DNA of 64,000 bases from an uncultured Alphaproteobacteria bacterium (GTDB taxonomy: Bacteria; Pseudomonadota; Alphaproteobacteria; Rhizobiales; Kaistiaceae). This document shows positions 23,627 through 33,922 of this stretch, piece after piece. Within the stretch, counting starts at the first letter, position 1; every line of letters begins with the position of its first letter. The stretch covers positions 809 through 64,808 of the forward strand of contig CAWARW010000021.1 in NCBI GenBank assembly GCA_963784605.1, written 5' to 3'. The position numbers and the translations under genes were made by a program. The notes beneath the pieces are model-generated. The model worked only from the letters and a program-made list of their open reading frames with translations. It made no database searches and was not told the DNA's origin.

Positions 23627-24535
23627 TCAGGCGCGGTCGCCCCACGCCTTGACGAATTCGATGAAGGCCCTGAGCGGCGCCGGTACCAGGCGGCGTCCGG
23701 GATAGTAGAGGAACGGACCGGAGAAGCGCTGCCACCACGGCTCCAGCACCGGTTCGAGCGCGCCGCTGTCGAAATACGGCCGCATCCAGTCTTCGAACAG
23801 CGACATGATGCCGGCGCCGGCGATGGCTGCGTCGACGGCCAGGTCGGTTCCGCCGCCGGCGGTCACGGTCAGCGGCCCGGTGGGGTCGACCAGCACGAGC
23901 TCGCCGTCGCGCTCGAACTCCCAGGATGTCGTCGCACGGCCCGGAAAGCGGGTGCGGATGCACGCATGGCCGAGCAGGTCGCGCGGATGCCGCGGCCGAC
24001 CGTGACGATCGAGGTAGGCGGGGGCCGCGGCGGTGGCGAAGCGCTGGCTGCGCGGCCCGATCGGCACCGCGATCATGTCCTGCTCAAGCCGCTCTTCGTA
24101 GCGGATGCCGGCGTCACTGCCGACGCCGACGACGTCAACGAGGCTCTCCTCGGTGTCGATCTCCACGCGGATTTCAGGGTAGGCGGCGAGGAAGGCCGGC
24201 ACCATGCGCGGCAGCACCAGCCGCGCCGCGCTGGTCGGGACGTTGAGCCGCAGCGTTCCGGCCGGGCGGTCGCGATAGGTGTTGACGACGTCGAGCGCCG
24301 ACTCGACCTCGCTCAGCGCCGGGCCGAGGCGCTCGAGCAGGCCACGCCCGGCCTCGGTGGGGACGACGCTGCGGGTCGTCCGGTTGAGCAGCCGGACACC
24401 GAGCCGCGCTTCCAGCCGGCGCACCGCCTCGCTGAGGCCCGAGGCGCTGGCGCCGCTGGCGCGTGCCCCGTCGCGGAAGCCGCCGGCGCGGGCAACCGCC
24501 AGAAACGCGTTGAGGTCGGCGAGGTCGACGTTCAT
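23627..24535 (-). CDS. LysR family transcriptional regulator
   Basis: MNVDLADLNAFLAVARAGGFRDGARASGASASGLSEAVRRLE is an HTH, followed by a substrate-binding domain. Divergent from the aldo/keto reductase gene. Confidence 0.9.
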   Translation of the reverse strand: MNVDLADLNAFLAVARAGGFRDGARASGASASGLSEAVRRLEARLGVRLLNRTTRSVVPTEAGRGLLERLGPALSEVESALDVVNTYRDRPAGTLRLNVPTSAARLVLPRMVPAFLAAYPEIRVEIDTEESLVDVVGVGSDAGIRYEERLEQDMIAVPIGPRSQRFATAAAPAYLDRHGRPRHPRDLLGHACIRTRFPGRATTSWEFERDGELVLVDPTGPLTVTAGGGTDLAVDAAIAGAGIMSLFEDWMRPYFDSGALEPVLEPWWQRFSGPFLYYPGRRLVPAPLRAFIEFVKAWGDRA

Positions 24536-24639
24536 TGTACGATATCCAGCACAGTATGTGCGGGTTGTACAGGATTTTCGCGCAGCGCCGAAGCGCCTAG
24601 GTGAAGGGCCTCGACCACCATCCCCACAGGAGAGCAGCC

Positions 24640-25519
24640 ATGAGCAGCGTCGACCAATCGGGAACCTTCACCCTCGGAGACCGGACCGTGAAACGTTTGG
24701 GCTACGGCGCCATGCAACTGGCCGGGCCCGGCGTCTTCGGTCCACCGAGGGACCGCGGCGAAGCGATCGCCGTCCTGCGCGCGGCGGTGGACAATGGCGT
24801 CAATCACATCGACACCAGCGACTTCTACGGCCCGCACGTCACCAACCAGATCATCCGCGAGGCGCTCGCGCCCTATCCGCGACGACCTCACCATCGTCAC
24901 CAAGATCGGCGCCCGGCGCGACGCGCAAGGCGCGTGGCTGCCGGCGATGTCGCCGGAGGCATTGCGTCAGGCGGTGCACGACAATCTGCGCAATCTCGGC
25001 GTCGACGTGCTCGACGTCGTCAACTTCCGCAGCATCCACGGCGTCCACGAGCCGGCCGAGGGGCCGATCGGGGAACAGGTGGCGGTGCTCGCCGATCTCC
25101 AGCGGCAGGGGCTGGTGCGCCATATCGGGCTGAGCAGCGTGACCCCGGCCCAGCTTGCCGAGGGGCGCAGGATCGCCGAGATCGTCTGCGTGCAGAACCA
25201 GTACAACCTGGCCCATCGCCACGACGACGCGCTGATCGACGGCCTCGCCAGTGACGGCATCGCCTATGTGCCGTTCTTCCCGCTCGGCGGCTTCAGCCCG
25301 CTGCAGTCGGCAACCCTCGATGCGGTCGCCCATCGGCTGGGCGCCACGCCGATGCAGGTGGCGCTCGCCTGGCTGCTGCACCGCGCGCCCAACATCCTGC
25401 TGATCCCCGGCACCTCGTCGATGGCGCATCTGCGGGAGAATCTCGCGGCGGCCGCTCTCACCCTGCCGGACGACGCGCTCAGCGAACTGGACGGCATGGG
25501 GCGGGCCCAAGCCGCCTGA
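24640..25519 (+). pseudogene. Aldo/keto reductase, frameshifted as sequenced
   Basis: aggagag precedes ATG 24640. GYGAMQLAG...NHIDTSDFYGP is in ORF 24601... DDLTIVTKIG...QNQYNL...PFFPLGG is in ORF 24794..25519. The shift is around 24878. Confidence 0.85.
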
Positions 25520-25610
25520 CCGGCGGCCGCCATCCATGCCGGTGTCGGCCGCGGCAAGGCGTACATCCTGCCGGCCGGCGCACGGCGATTTTCCGCAATG
25601 AATCGCTATG

Positions 25611-25647
25611 AAAGAAAAACCGCCGGTCCTTGGGGGAGGACCGGCGG
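25611..25647 (-). terminator. Intrinsic terminator of the 25696..25920 gene
   Basis: A 10-bp stem ccgccggtcc/ggaccggcgg (25620-25647), followed on the minus strand by tttttcttt. Confidence 0.7.
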
Positions 25648-25695
25648 CGGAGGGCTTGGAGGAGTTCAGGACGGAATGGGTCAGGTCACGTCGGG

Positions 25696-25920
25696 CTAGT
25701 TCACAGGAACGCGGGCGAGCTCGGACACGCCGTCGTGGCGGGTTTCCACCGTCACGTAATCGCCGGCGGGCGCGGCGGTCGCCACCACCGGAAGGCGGTC
25801 GGATTTCGCCGCCACAGCCGAATCTCCGTGATCCGCGACAATCGCTGCGCTGGCGAAGCCGACTGCAAGCGTCGCCGCAAGACTGGTGGCCAGAATGGTC
25901 GAGTGAAGCTTGAGCGTCAT
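25696..25920 (-). CDS. Hypothetical small secreted protein (74 aa)
   Basis: A signal-peptide-like N-terminus MTLKLHSTILATSLAATLAVGFASA, with its own terminator downstream. Confidence 0.5.
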   Translation of the reverse strand: MTLKLHSTILATSLAATLAVGFASAAIVADHGDSAVAAKSDRLPVVATAAPAGDYVTVETRHDGVSELARVPVN

Positions 25921-26046
25921 CTCTCGTCTCCTTCGCGAACCGTGCCGCTTACCTTGCTGTATTCAACCACACCGAAGCTGAACGGTTCCGGATAAGGTTA
26001 TTCAGCTTCCGTTCAGCGAGGGGGCGCCGGTTCGGCGACTTTGAGG

Positions 26047-26307
26047 CTAATTGAAGGCAAGCGCGAAGCGCTGGCCGACGGTTTCGGGGCGATCAACCGC
26101 GGAGCGGATCTCGACGGTGCGCACTGTCCGGCCGGCATCGGCGCCTTCCAGGCACTGCCCGGGGATCGCCGGCCAGGTGGCGTGGGCGCAGGCGTCGGCG
26201 AGGTTCGATTCCTTGGTCTGGCCGCTCAGCGACAGTCCGGTGAGGCCGGCCGAGACGGTGACGGCAAAGGCCATTGCCAACAGGAAACTGCGTTTGTTCG
26301 TTTTCAT
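26047..26307 (-). CDS. Hypothetical small secreted protein (86 aa)
   Basis: A signal-peptide-like N-terminus MKTNKRSFLLAMAFAVTVSAGL. The C-terminal ...VRTVEIRS... weakly resembles ...YVTVETRH... of the neighbouring small protein. Confidence 0.5.
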   Translation of the reverse strand: MKTNKRSFLLAMAFAVTVSAGLTGLSLSGQTKESNLADACAHATWPAIPGQCLEGADAGRTVRTVEIRSAVDRPETVGQRFALAFN

Positions 26308-26542
26308 GGGTCGGATCCTCTTCCTCAGGTTCCGGGCAACCGCTCGGGCCGCTCTTCGTGAGGCTGAGATAGGTCTAATCCATCGGTTTCGCTGTGAAAG
26401 CGGTCACAAAACCTAAGTCGTTGGATGTAGGGATATAATTCATGAGGATCGGGAGGGTTCCGCCGCCCGTGTTGCGCTTGCCCCGGACGGGCGCTGCGCG
26501 ATATGACGAGAACGCCGGCCCCGCCAGGAATCGACCACGCCC

Positions 26543-27040
26543 ATGACCTGCATCGCCTTCTATCCCGGCACCTTCGATCCCGTGACCAACGGGCACGTGG
26601 ATATCCTGGAGGGGGCCCTGGCGCTTGCCGACGAGGTGGTCGTCGGCGTCGGCATCAATGCCGGCAAGGCGCCGATGTTCACCATCGACGAGCGGCTGAA
26701 GATGGTCGGCGACATGATCGCCAGCCTCGGCCGCAAGACGGGCCCGCGGGCGCGCGCCATCGCCTTCGACGGACTGGCGGTGGAAGCCGGACGCAAGGCC
26801 GGCGCCACCGTTCTGGTGCGCGGCCTGCGCGACGCCAGCGACTTCGACTACGAGATGCAGATGGCCGGCATGAACCGCACCATGGCGCCGGAACTGCGCA
26901 CGGTGTTCCTGCCGGCCTCGCCTGCCGCCCGTCACATCACCGCCACGCTTGTGCGCCAGATCGCCACCATGGGCGGCGACGTTTCGGCCTTCGTGCCGAA
27001 GAGCGTCGCCCGCCGCATCGCCCGCAAGCTCAAGGCCTGA
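26543..27040 (+). CDS. coaD: Phosphopantetheine adenylyltransferase
   Basis: [19 protein letters not shown] carries the T/HxGH nucleotidyltransferase motif. 165 aa. Confidence 0.95.
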   Translation: MTCIAFYPGTFDPVTNGHVDILEGALALADEVVVGVGINAGKAPMFTIDERLKMVGDMIASLGRKTGPRARAIAFDGLAVEAGRKAGATVLVRGLRDASDFDYEMQMAGMNRTMAPELRTVFLPASPAARHITATLVRQIATMGGDVSAFVPKSVARRIARKLKA

Positions 27041-27153
27041 TCCCGTCGCGGGCAGGCCTGAAAGCCGTGGACAATGCGGCCGATTGCTTTATGTCCGTCC
27101 GCGGGCGACGCGGCGGTTGCGGACTGCCTCAACACGATACTGGTGGAACAAGG

Positions 27154-27708
27154 ATGCTCACACGTATTGCCGCGGCGCTGGTCGCCGCGTTCCTGCTGAT
27201 GCCCCTGGCCGCATCGGCCGCCGAGACGCTCGACCCCGAAAACACCATTTACATGGACGTTCCCGCCGGCCGCGTGGTGATCAAGCTCAGACCCGATCTC
27301 GCCCCCAAGCATGTGGCGCAGATCAAGAAGCTGACCCGCATGGGCTTCTACAACGGCACGCCGTTCCACCGCGTCATCGCCGGCTTCATGGCGCAGGGCG
27401 GCGATCCGACCGGCACCGGCATGGGCGGTTCCAAGCTGCCCGACCTCAAGGCCGAATTCAGCAAGGTGCCCTTTACGCGCGGCGTCGTCGGCATGGCGCG
27501 CGCCAGCGATCCGGACTCGGCCAACTCGCAGTTCTTCATCATGTTTGGCGACGCGCCCGGCCTCAACGGCCAGTACACGGTCTGGGGCGAGGTCGTCTCC
27601 GGCATGGAGTTCGTCGACAAGATCAAGAAGGGCAGCGGCCCCGACGGCATGGTCGATAAGCCCGACCACATCGTGAAGATGATGGTCGCTGCCGACGCCA
27701 AGCGATAG
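27154..27708 (+). CDS. ppiA: Peptidyl-prolyl cis-trans isomerase, cyclophilin type, with signal peptide (periplasmic)
   Basis: MLTRIAAALVAAFLLMPLAASAA is a signal peptide, followed by FHRVIAGFMAQGGDPTGTGMGGS...SQFFIMF. Confidence 0.85.
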   Translation: MLTRIAAALVAAFLLMPLAASAAETLDPENTIYMDVPAGRVVIKLRPDLAPKHVAQIKKLTRMGFYNGTPFHRVIAGFMAQGGDPTGTGMGGSKLPDLKAEFSKVPFTRGVVGMARASDPDSANSQFFIMFGDAPGLNGQYTVWGEVVSGMEFVDKIKKGSGPDGMVDKPDHIVKMMVAADAKR

Positions 27709-27731
27709 ACAACAAAGATAAGGAGGGCCCG

Positions 27732-28196
27732 ATGGCCGACGACAAGGAAAACACCCTCTTGATGGAGACCACCAAGGGCAGCGTCACGATCCGGCTGCGG
27801 CCGGACCTCGCGCCCAACCACGTGGCGCGCATCAAGGAGCTGGTGCGCGACGGCTTCTACGACGGCGTCGTGTTTCACCGCGTGATCGACGGCTTCATGG
27901 CGCAGACCGGCGACCCGACCGGCACCGGCATGGGCGGCTCGGGCAAGAAGCTGAAGGCGGAATTCAGCAAGGAGCCGCACGTGCGCGGCACCGTGTCGAT
28001 GGCCCGCGCCCAGAACCCCGATTCCGGCGACAGCCAGTTCTTCATCTGCTTCGCCGACGCCCGCTTCCTCGATGGCCAGTACACCGCCTGGGGGACCGTC
28101 ATCGACGGCATGGACGCGGTCGACAAGATCAAGCGCGGCGAGCCGGTCAAGGACCCCGACAAGATCGTCTCGGTCAAGGTCGCTGCCGACGCCTGA
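27732..28196 (+). CDS. ppiB: Peptidyl-prolyl cis-trans isomerase, cyclophilin type (cytoplasmic)
   Basis: FHRVIDGFMAQTGDPTGTGMGGS...SQFFICF. 154 aa with no signal peptide. Confidence 0.9.
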   Translation: MADDKENTLLMETTKGSVTIRLRPDLAPNHVARIKELVRDGFYDGVVFHRVIDGFMAQTGDPTGTGMGGSGKKLKAEFSKEPHVRGTVSMARAQNPDSGDSQFFICFADARFLDGQYTAWGTVIDGMDAVDKIKRGEPVKDPDKIVSVKVAADA

Positions 28197-28222
28197 GCCC
28201 GACCGCCACATTTCGCCTGCCA

Positions 28223-28260
28223 AACCCGGCGCGTGATATGATCGCGCCGGGTTTTGTTTG
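28223..28260 (+). terminator. Intrinsic terminator after ppiB
   Basis: Stem aacccggcgcg/cgcgccgggtt (28223-28253), followed by ttgtttg. Confidence 0.7.
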
Positions 28261-28271
28261 GGGTGAACGCC

Positions 28272-28685
28272 ATGAGCGATCCTGCGAAAGGTGACTGGCG
28301 CGAGATGCGCCGGGAGGAACGGCACGCTCGCCGTCAGGAGCGGCGCGAGATGACCTGGGGGCCGGGCGGCTCCTGGATCGCCGGGCTGATCCTTGTCGGT
28401 CTCGGCGTCATGTTCCTGCTGCGCAATTTCGGGATTCCCGTCCCGGAGAACTGGTGGGCGGTCTTCCTCATCCTTCCCGGTCTCGGCGCGCTTTGGACGG
28501 CCTGGCGGATGTATCAGCGCGACGGCGCCATCACCCGCAGCGTCACCAGCACGGCGATCGTCGGGGCGGTGCTGGTCGTCTTCGGCGTTTCGTTCCTCGC
28601 CGGCTTCGACTGGGGCATCCTGTGGCCGGTGATCCTCATTGCGCTCGGCGTCGCCGTCGTGCTCGGCGGCCACCGCGGCGGCTGA
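28272..28685 (+). CDS. Hypothetical membrane protein (LiaF/YvqF-type N-terminal TM-domain-like)
   Basis: Starts at MSDPAKGDWREMRREERHARRQERRE, followed by four hydrophobic helices. The start is placed after the ppiB terminator. Confidence 0.5.
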   Translation: MSDPAKGDWREMRREERHARRQERREMTWGPGGSWIAGLILVGLGVMFLLRNFGIPVPENWWAVFLILPGLGALWTAWRMYQRDGAITRSVTSTAIVGAVLVVFGVSFLAGFDWGILWPVILIALGVAVVLGGHRGG

Positions 28686-28752
28686 GGCGGCAGATACGGC
28701 ACCCCGCAAACGGACGCTTCCTTCCCGGCGCGGTTGCCGCTAGGAAGCGCCG

Positions 28753-29847
28753 ATGCGCGTTGACCTGTTCGATTTCGACCTGCCCGAGGAGCGCATTGCG
28801 CTCCGCCCGAAGATGCCGCGCGACGCGGCCCGCCTGCTGGTGGTCAAGCCGGGGGAGGGCTTCGGCGACCGCTTCGTCCGCGATCTGCCGGAGCTTCTCG
28901 AGCCCGGCGATGCGCTGGTGCTCAACGACACCAGGGTGATCCCGGCGCGCCTCACCGGCGAGCGCATCCGCGACGGCAGCACCGCCCAGGTGGAGGCGAC
29001 GCTGACCCGGCGCACGGCTCCCTCCCGCTGGGAGGCGCTGGCGCGGCCGGCGAAGCGGCTGGCCATCGGCGACCGCATCCGCTTCGGCGCGGCGGCGCGC
29101 GAGGCCGGCGACAACGCCTGCCTCATCGCCGGTCTCGACGCCACGGTGGTCGATCGCGGCGAGGCGGGCGAGGTGTTCCTGCGCTTCGACCTCGCCGGCC
29201 CGGTGCTCGACGAAGCCCTGGCCGGTGTCGGCGTCATGCCGCTGCCGCCCTACATCGCCACGCGCCGGGCGCCGGATGCCTTCGACCGGCAGGACTACCA
29301 GACCATCTACGCCCGCGAGGACGGGGCGGTGGCCGCGCCGACCGCCGGCTTGCATTTCACCGACACCCTGTTCCGGCACCTCGACGAGCGCGGCGTCAGC
29401 CGCCACATGGTGACGCTCCATGTCGGCGCCGGCACCTTCCTGCCGGTCAAGGCGGAGGAGACGGACGAGCACCGGATGCACGCCGAGACCGGCACGGTGA
29501 GCGCCGAGACGGCGGACGCGCTGAACGCCGTGCGCAAGGCCGGCGGGCGGATCGTGGCGGTCGGCACCACCTCGCTGCGGCTGCTGGAAAGCGCCGCTGC
29601 CGACGACGGCACCATCCGGCCCTTCGCCGGCGACACGTCGATCTTCATCACGCCGGGCTACCGCTTCCGCGCGGTCGACCTGCTGGTGACCAACTTCCAC
29701 CTGCCACGCTCGACGCTGTTCATGCTGGTCTCGGCCTTCTCCGGGCGCGAGACCATGCTGGCGGCGTACCGGCACGCCATCGCGGCGCGCTACCGCTTCT
29801 ATTCCTATGGCGACGCCTGCCTGCTCCATCCGGAGAAGGCGACGTGA
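28753..29847 (+). CDS. queA: S-adenosylmethionine:tRNA ribosyltransferase-isomerase
   Basis: [19 protein letters not shown]...PLPPYI...YQTIYA...[10 protein letters not shown]. 364 aa and intact. Confidence 0.95.
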   Translation: MRVDLFDFDLPEERIALRPKMPRDAARLLVVKPGEGFGDRFVRDLPELLEPGDALVLNDTRVIPARLTGERIRDGSTAQVEATLTRRTAPSRWEALARPAKRLAIGDRIRFGAAAREAGDNACLIAGLDATVVDRGEAGEVFLRFDLAGPVLDEALAGVGVMPLPPYIATRRAPDAFDRQDYQTIYAREDGAVAAPTAGLHFTDTLFRHLDERGVSRHMVTLHVGAGTFLPVKAEETDEHRMHAETGTVSAETADALNAVRKAGGRIVAVGTTSLRLLESAAADDGTIRPFAGDTSIFITPGYRFRAVDLLVTNFHLPRSTLFMLVSAFSGRETMLAAYRHAIAARYRFYSYGDACLLHPEKAT

Positions 29848-29934
29848 CCGCCTGCGGCCGGCTTCGGACCGCATCTCGCTCACCGGCCGAGGTCGTCGCG
29901 CCGGCGCCGTGCCGGGCAGAGGCGTGCGTATCCG

Positions 29935-31065
29935 ATGACCGGCCTGACCTTCACCGTCGCCGCCACGGACGGCGCGGCACGCACCGGCAAGATCCGGCTC
30001 GCCCGCGGCATCGTGCGCACGCCGGCCTTCATGCCGGTCGGCACCGCCGGCACGGTCAAGGCCATGTACATGGATCAGGTCAAGGCGCTCGGCGCCGACA
30101 TCATTCTCGGCAACACCTATCACCTGATGCTGCGGCCGGGGGCGGAGCGCGTGGCGGCGCTCGGCGGCCTGCATCGTTTCGGCAACTGGCCGGGACCGAT
30201 CCTCACCGATTCCGGCGGCTTCCAGGTGATGTCGCTGGCGCAGCTCAGGAAGCTCGACGAGACCGGCGTCACCTTCCGCTCGCACATCGACGGGGCGATG
30301 TTCACGCTGACGCCGGAACGCTCGCTGGAAATCCAGGCACTGCTCGATTCCGACATCCGCATGCAGCTCGACGAGTGCATCGCGCTGCCGGCCTCGCGGG
30401 AGGAAACCGAGCGCGCCATGCGGCTGTCGCTGCGCTGGGCGGAGCGCAGCAAGATCGCCTTCGGCCGGCCGGAGGGCAGGGCGCTCTTCGGCATCGTGCA
30501 GGGCGGCGACGACGCGGACCTGCGGGTGCAATCGGCGACGGCGCTCGGCGACATCGGTTTCGACGGCTACGCCGTCGGCGGCCTGGCGGTGGGGGAGCCG
30601 CAGGACGTGATGCTGAAGATGCTGGAGATCACCTGCCCGGTGCTGCCGGCCGCCGCGCCGCGCTATCTGATGGGGGTGGGCACGCCGGAAGACATCCTCG
30701 AATCGGTCGCCCGCGGCATCGACATGTTCGACTGCGTCATGCCCACCCGCGCCGGACGCCACGGCCTCGCCTATACCCGCTTCGGCAAGCTCAACCTCAA
30801 GAACGCACGCCATGCCGAGGACGCCCGTCCGCTCGACGAGGAGAGCGGCTGCCCGGCGGCGCGCGACTACAGCCGCGCCTATCTGCACCACCTGGTGAAG
30901 TCCGGCGAGATGCTCGGCGCCATGCTGCTGACCTGGAACAACCTCGCCTATTACGAGGGGCTGATGGCCGAGATCCGCGGTGCCATCCGCGCCGGCCACT
31001 TCGAGGAATTCCGCGCCGAGACCAAGGCCGGCTGGGCGGCCGGCGACATCCCGGCGCTCGGCTGA
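29935..31065 (+). CDS. tgt: tRNA-guanine transglycosylase (queuine tRNA-ribosyltransferase)
   Basis: [20 protein letters not shown]...[13 protein letters not shown]...LTDSGGFQV...GLAVGE. 376 aa. Confidence 0.95.
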   Translation: MTGLTFTVAATDGAARTGKIRLARGIVRTPAFMPVGTAGTVKAMYMDQVKALGADIILGNTYHLMLRPGAERVAALGGLHRFGNWPGPILTDSGGFQVMSLAQLRKLDETGVTFRSHIDGAMFTLTPERSLEIQALLDSDIRMQLDECIALPASREETERAMRLSLRWAERSKIAFGRPEGRALFGIVQGGDDADLRVQSATALGDIGFDGYAVGGLAVGEPQDVMLKMLEITCPVLPAAAPRYLMGVGTPEDILESVARGIDMFDCVMPTRAGRHGLAYTRFGKLNLKNARHAEDARPLDEESGCPAARDYSRAYLHHLVKSGEMLGAMLLTWNNLAYYEGLMAEIRGAIRAGHFEEFRAETKAGWAAGDIPALG

Positions 31066-31074
31066 AGCGGCGCG

Positions 31075-31534
31075 TCAGGCGGTCGGCGCGGTGTCGCGCA
31101 ACAGCACGCAGCCGTTGATCTTCCAGCTTCCGTCCGGCTGCTGCTGCAGCGTGTAGAGCGCCACCCACGACTGGCCGTCCGGGCCGACCAGGAAGACCTT
31201 CTGCTGCGGCCCCGCCGGCGAATCCGGCGAGCGGGCCGAAGGTGACCGAGCGCGGCCGATAGACCGGCTGGTACTGGCCGCGCACCATGTCCATGAAGGC
31301 CCCGACCGAGGGGAATATCTGCTGGATGGTGGGCGAGGCGTAGCCATAGGCGGCCGCGTCGTCGTCATGCTGGAAGGCGTCGATCTGGCCCTGGATGACC
31401 GAGCGGATGGCCGACGGATCGCCGGCCGCGTCCGCCGCCGCGGCAGGCCGCACGAGGCCGACGGCCAGGACGAGCGCAAGTGCGGCGACGAGACGGGCGA
31501 GGGGGATCAGGCGGGATGGCGTGGCGGATGTCAT
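31075..31534 (-). pseudogene. DUF4864-like secreted protein, frameshifted as sequenced
   Basis: ggaggagaca precedes ATG 31534. The signal peptide and IRSVIQGQIDAFQHDDDAAAYGYASP...YRPRSVTFGPL are in the frame of ORF 30797..31927. The C-terminus QKVFLVGPDGQSWVALYTLQQQPDGSWKINGCVL is in ORF 31075..31479. The shift is around 31230. Confidence 0.65.
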
Positions 31535-31681
31535 GGTGGGTGTCTCCTCCGGTTCACCGCACCTGATACAAAATACGGCCCGGCAAGGTTTCAGCAAGGG
31601 CGTGCGAAAACGGCATTTCCCTTGTTTCGGACGGGGCGATCTGGTGTCTTGTCGAGAAAGATGCGTGATTGGGAGGCCCAC

Positions 31682-31921
31682 ATGCGGGCGCTGTTCGTTC
31701 AGATCAAATGCGAGCTCGGCAAGGCCTATCAGGTTGCCGACGAGATCGCCGAGGCAGAGATCGCCTCGGAAATCTATTCGACCGCCGGCGATTTCGACCT
31801 GCTGGTCAAGTTCTACCTGCCGGAAGGGGCCGATATCGGCCATTTCATCACCGAGACGGTGCAGCCGATCGGCGGCATCCGCGACACGCGCACCATCCCG
31901 ACCTTCAAGGCCTTCCAGTAG
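31682..31921 (+). CDS. Small Lrp/AsnC ligand-binding-domain-like protein (79 aa)
   Basis: MRALFVQIKCELGKAYQVADEIAEAEIASEIYSTAGDFDLLVKFY... is a stand-alone RAM/ACT-like fold with no HTH. Confidence 0.65.
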   Translation: MRALFVQIKCELGKAYQVADEIAEAEIASEIYSTAGDFDLLVKFYLPEGADIGHFITETVQPIGGIRDTRTIPTFKAFQ

Positions 31922-31991
31922 GGCCAAGCGTATTGACCCCCTTGGGGGGCCCTTATAGGGTCCGCCGCATTCCGCGCCGCAAGGCGCCGAC

Positions 31992-32067
31992 GAGCGCGTA
32001 GCTCAGCTGGTAGAGCAGCTGACTTTTAATCAGCAGGTCTCGGGTTCGAGCCCCGACGCGCTCACCA
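31992..32067 (+). tRNA. tRNA-Lys (anticodon UUU)
   Basis: The cloverleaf was folded by hand: acceptor gagcgcg/cgcgctc, D stem gctc/gagc, anticodon stem gctga/tcagc with loop cTTTTaa, T stem tcggg/cccga with loop ttcgagc, and an encoded CCA. Confidence 0.93.
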
Positions 32068-32101
32068 AAACATCAGCAAATAGCTCATGCGTAATAATTT
32101 G

Positions 32102-32131
32102 GTGCTGCCCCGCAAGCCGCCGGGGCAGCAC
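32102..32131. other. Perfect 11-bp GC-rich hairpin at the tRNA/islet junction
   Basis: gtgctgccccg-(8 nt)-cggggcagcac. There is no clean U-run directly after it on either strand. It may be a tRNA terminator or an insertion-boundary structure. Confidence 0.4.
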
Positions 32132-32310
32132 GGCGCGCGGGTTTTCACTATGCGCCCGGAATGGCTGCCAGGCTGCACAACTGGGAACTGCGGATGCTGC
32201 GAAAAATCGGGGCCTTTGTGATGCGCGCTATATTGGGACCGAACGCTCATCGCGTGCGCGCTTTGACTGTGGTACCGGAATCAGACCGGCAAAAGACACG
32301 GGAGGGCGAG

Positions 32311-32733
32311 ATGAGACGTGCATTAGTCCAAGTATGCAGGGCAACTGCCATTGGCCTGCCACTTGGCTCCGCGGCCTACTTGGGTGTCGGCTTGGGATCG
32401 ACCTTCACGCAAGACGGACAATTATACCTCAGCAAATTTGGATCGCTGTTTCTTGGCAGTCCGCTGTTGCTTTTGCTGTTAATCGTGACGGCAATTCTAC
32501 CGGCAATCGTCTCGTTCGGCTTGAGTCGCGCGGGGCCTGCGGTGGTTCTCACATGGTTTCTCGTACAGAGTTTGTTCGTTGGAGCTGCGTTGGCCGCTGT
32601 GCGCATTGTCTACCTGGACAAACCCTTGATTATCGAAGCAGCGTTCTTCCTCGGTTTTTCGTTTTTGACCATCGGAATTGTTTGCGTGTTTGTGGCGTCG
32701 TTTGGCGAAGATGACGTGCGGCAGCAGTTCTAG
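32311..32733 (+). CDS. Hypothetical 4-TM membrane protein (islet ORF A)
   Basis: gggaggg lies 5 nt before ATG 32311. 140 aa with four hydrophobic helices. Local G+C is clearly below the flanks. No family recognised. Confidence 0.5.
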   Translation: MRRALVQVCRATAIGLPLGSAAYLGVGLGSTFTQDGQLYLSKFGSLFLGSPLLLLLLIVTAILPAIVSFGLSRAGPAVVLTWFLVQSLFVGAALAAVRIVYLDKPLIIEAAFFLGFSFLTIGIVCVFVASFGEDDVRQQF

Positions 32734-32909
32734 ACTTGGGTCTGCTTGGCGGCGAAAGCCGCGCGGCCCCGACAGACGCAAGCTGGACAGTGGCGCCTTT
32801 GCCTACAGCGGACGTCGGAAGCCGCCTGACACGCAGTCGGCGGACTAAGAACAAATCATGAACTAGAAACGGCCGTCCGCAGGGGCGCCCTTTGCTAATT
32901 GAGGGTACG

Positions 32910-33110
32910 ATGGCACGAACGGGAATCACGGACTGGACGAAAACGCTGGCGGCGATGAAGGGATGCCGGGATGCGATGATCGAGATTGCCCGAAGCTACC
33001 CGAGCCGAGACCCCATTTCGCGCGAGGCCGATTGGTGGGTCAGGGACATCGACAACCTCGCAGACATCATCGCCGGGAATTGCGAGCTTTGGTGGTCGAA
33101 CCGGGGCTGA
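32910..33110 (+). CDS. Hypothetical small protein (islet ORF B), possibly the N-terminal part of ORF C
   Basis: gagggt precedes ATG 32910. It is 66 aa and ends at TGA directly after a gggg run (33103-33106). One extra G would fuse it in frame with ORF C. Confidence 0.4.
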   Translation: MARTGITDWTKTLAAMKGCRDAMIEIARSYPSRDPISREADWWVRDIDNLADIIAGNCELWWSNRG

Positions 33111-33136
33111 GTATAGACGTTGTCGTTGGGTGGCAC

Positions 33137-33922
33137 ATGCATACGGGTGATCCAGCAACCTACCGCCAGAATCTCCTCGAGCGCGGCCGAGCGGACGGAC
33201 TCAAAGATGCATTCCGGCGCGCGCAGAAAGTCACTGCCAAATTTACTGGCCACGGCGGTCTCGAGCAAAGCCGCTATCTGGTGTACGTCGCTGAGGCATA
33301 TAAGGATGTGCTGGCAGATGCTGTAGCGGGGATGGTGGCCTCGGCATTTGAGGAATCCGGCGGAGCAATCGAGGACGGTGTTGTAAGGGATGTGGAAGCT
33401 GCCGCACGGCGCTTGCGTCAAGAACTCTCTGACAATCTCACAAAGGTAGTGGCCAAACGCCACCCTTCGATACGGTCCGCGGGAGAACCGATTGGCGTTC
33501 GCTTCGAGTTCGAGTCGGCTGGCATCATAGAAAGCGCGCTAGATGATTTTCGAAATGGCATGCTCAAAGGCAGAAGGCTGCTAATGCCCGAAAAAGATCA
33601 CTCCGGTGTCTATCTGCACAACAGCCCAGGATCGGTGGTGCACACTGGTACCGGGAGTGTACAGGTCATCAATTCAGGCGAGGCGTCAAGTATCCGAACT
33701 GCCCTTTCCAGCTTTATGGCGAGCGACGACGTCCAAGCGTTGACAATCGAGCAGCGACAGGAGCTGAATGATGTGGTTGAAGTTATCAACGCAGAACTAG
33801 ACCGCACTCTGGAAGCAGACAGACCAAAAATCCTGCGATGGGGCAAAAAGTTGTGGCAGCTCGCTAAGTCATTCGGCGTAAGCGTGGCGGCCAACGTCTT
33901 CGTACAGCTCCTGCCTCACTAG
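33137..33922 (+). CDS. Hypothetical protein (islet ORF C, 261 aa)
   Basis: A long open frame in a low-GC stretch with predicted soluble composition. I recognise no family signature. Its frame is also open upstream to 32963. Confidence 0.5.
   Translation: MHTGDPATYRQNLLERGRADGLKDAFRRAQKVTAKFTGHGGLEQSRYLVYVAEAYKDVLADAVAGMVASAFEESGGAIEDGVVRDVEAAARRLRQELSDNLTKVVAKRHPSIRSAGEPIGVRFEFESAGIIESALDDFRNGMLKGRRLLMPEKDHSGVYLHNSPGSVVHTGTGSVQVINSGEASSIRTALSSFMASDDVQALTIEQRQELNDVVEVINAELDRTLEADRPKILRWGKKLWQLAKSFGVSVAANVFVQLLPH

Noticed and set aside
28636-30999. A 787-aa minus-strand ORF.
   Set aside because: It is antisense to intact queA and tgt.
32996-33463. A 155-aa minus-strand ORF inside the tRNA-Lys islet.
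   Set aside because: It is fully overlapped by the longer plus-strand ORF C and has no RBS. Its Cys/His/Phe-rich translation looks like an antisense artefact, although confidence is lower than elsewhere because the islet has atypical composition.
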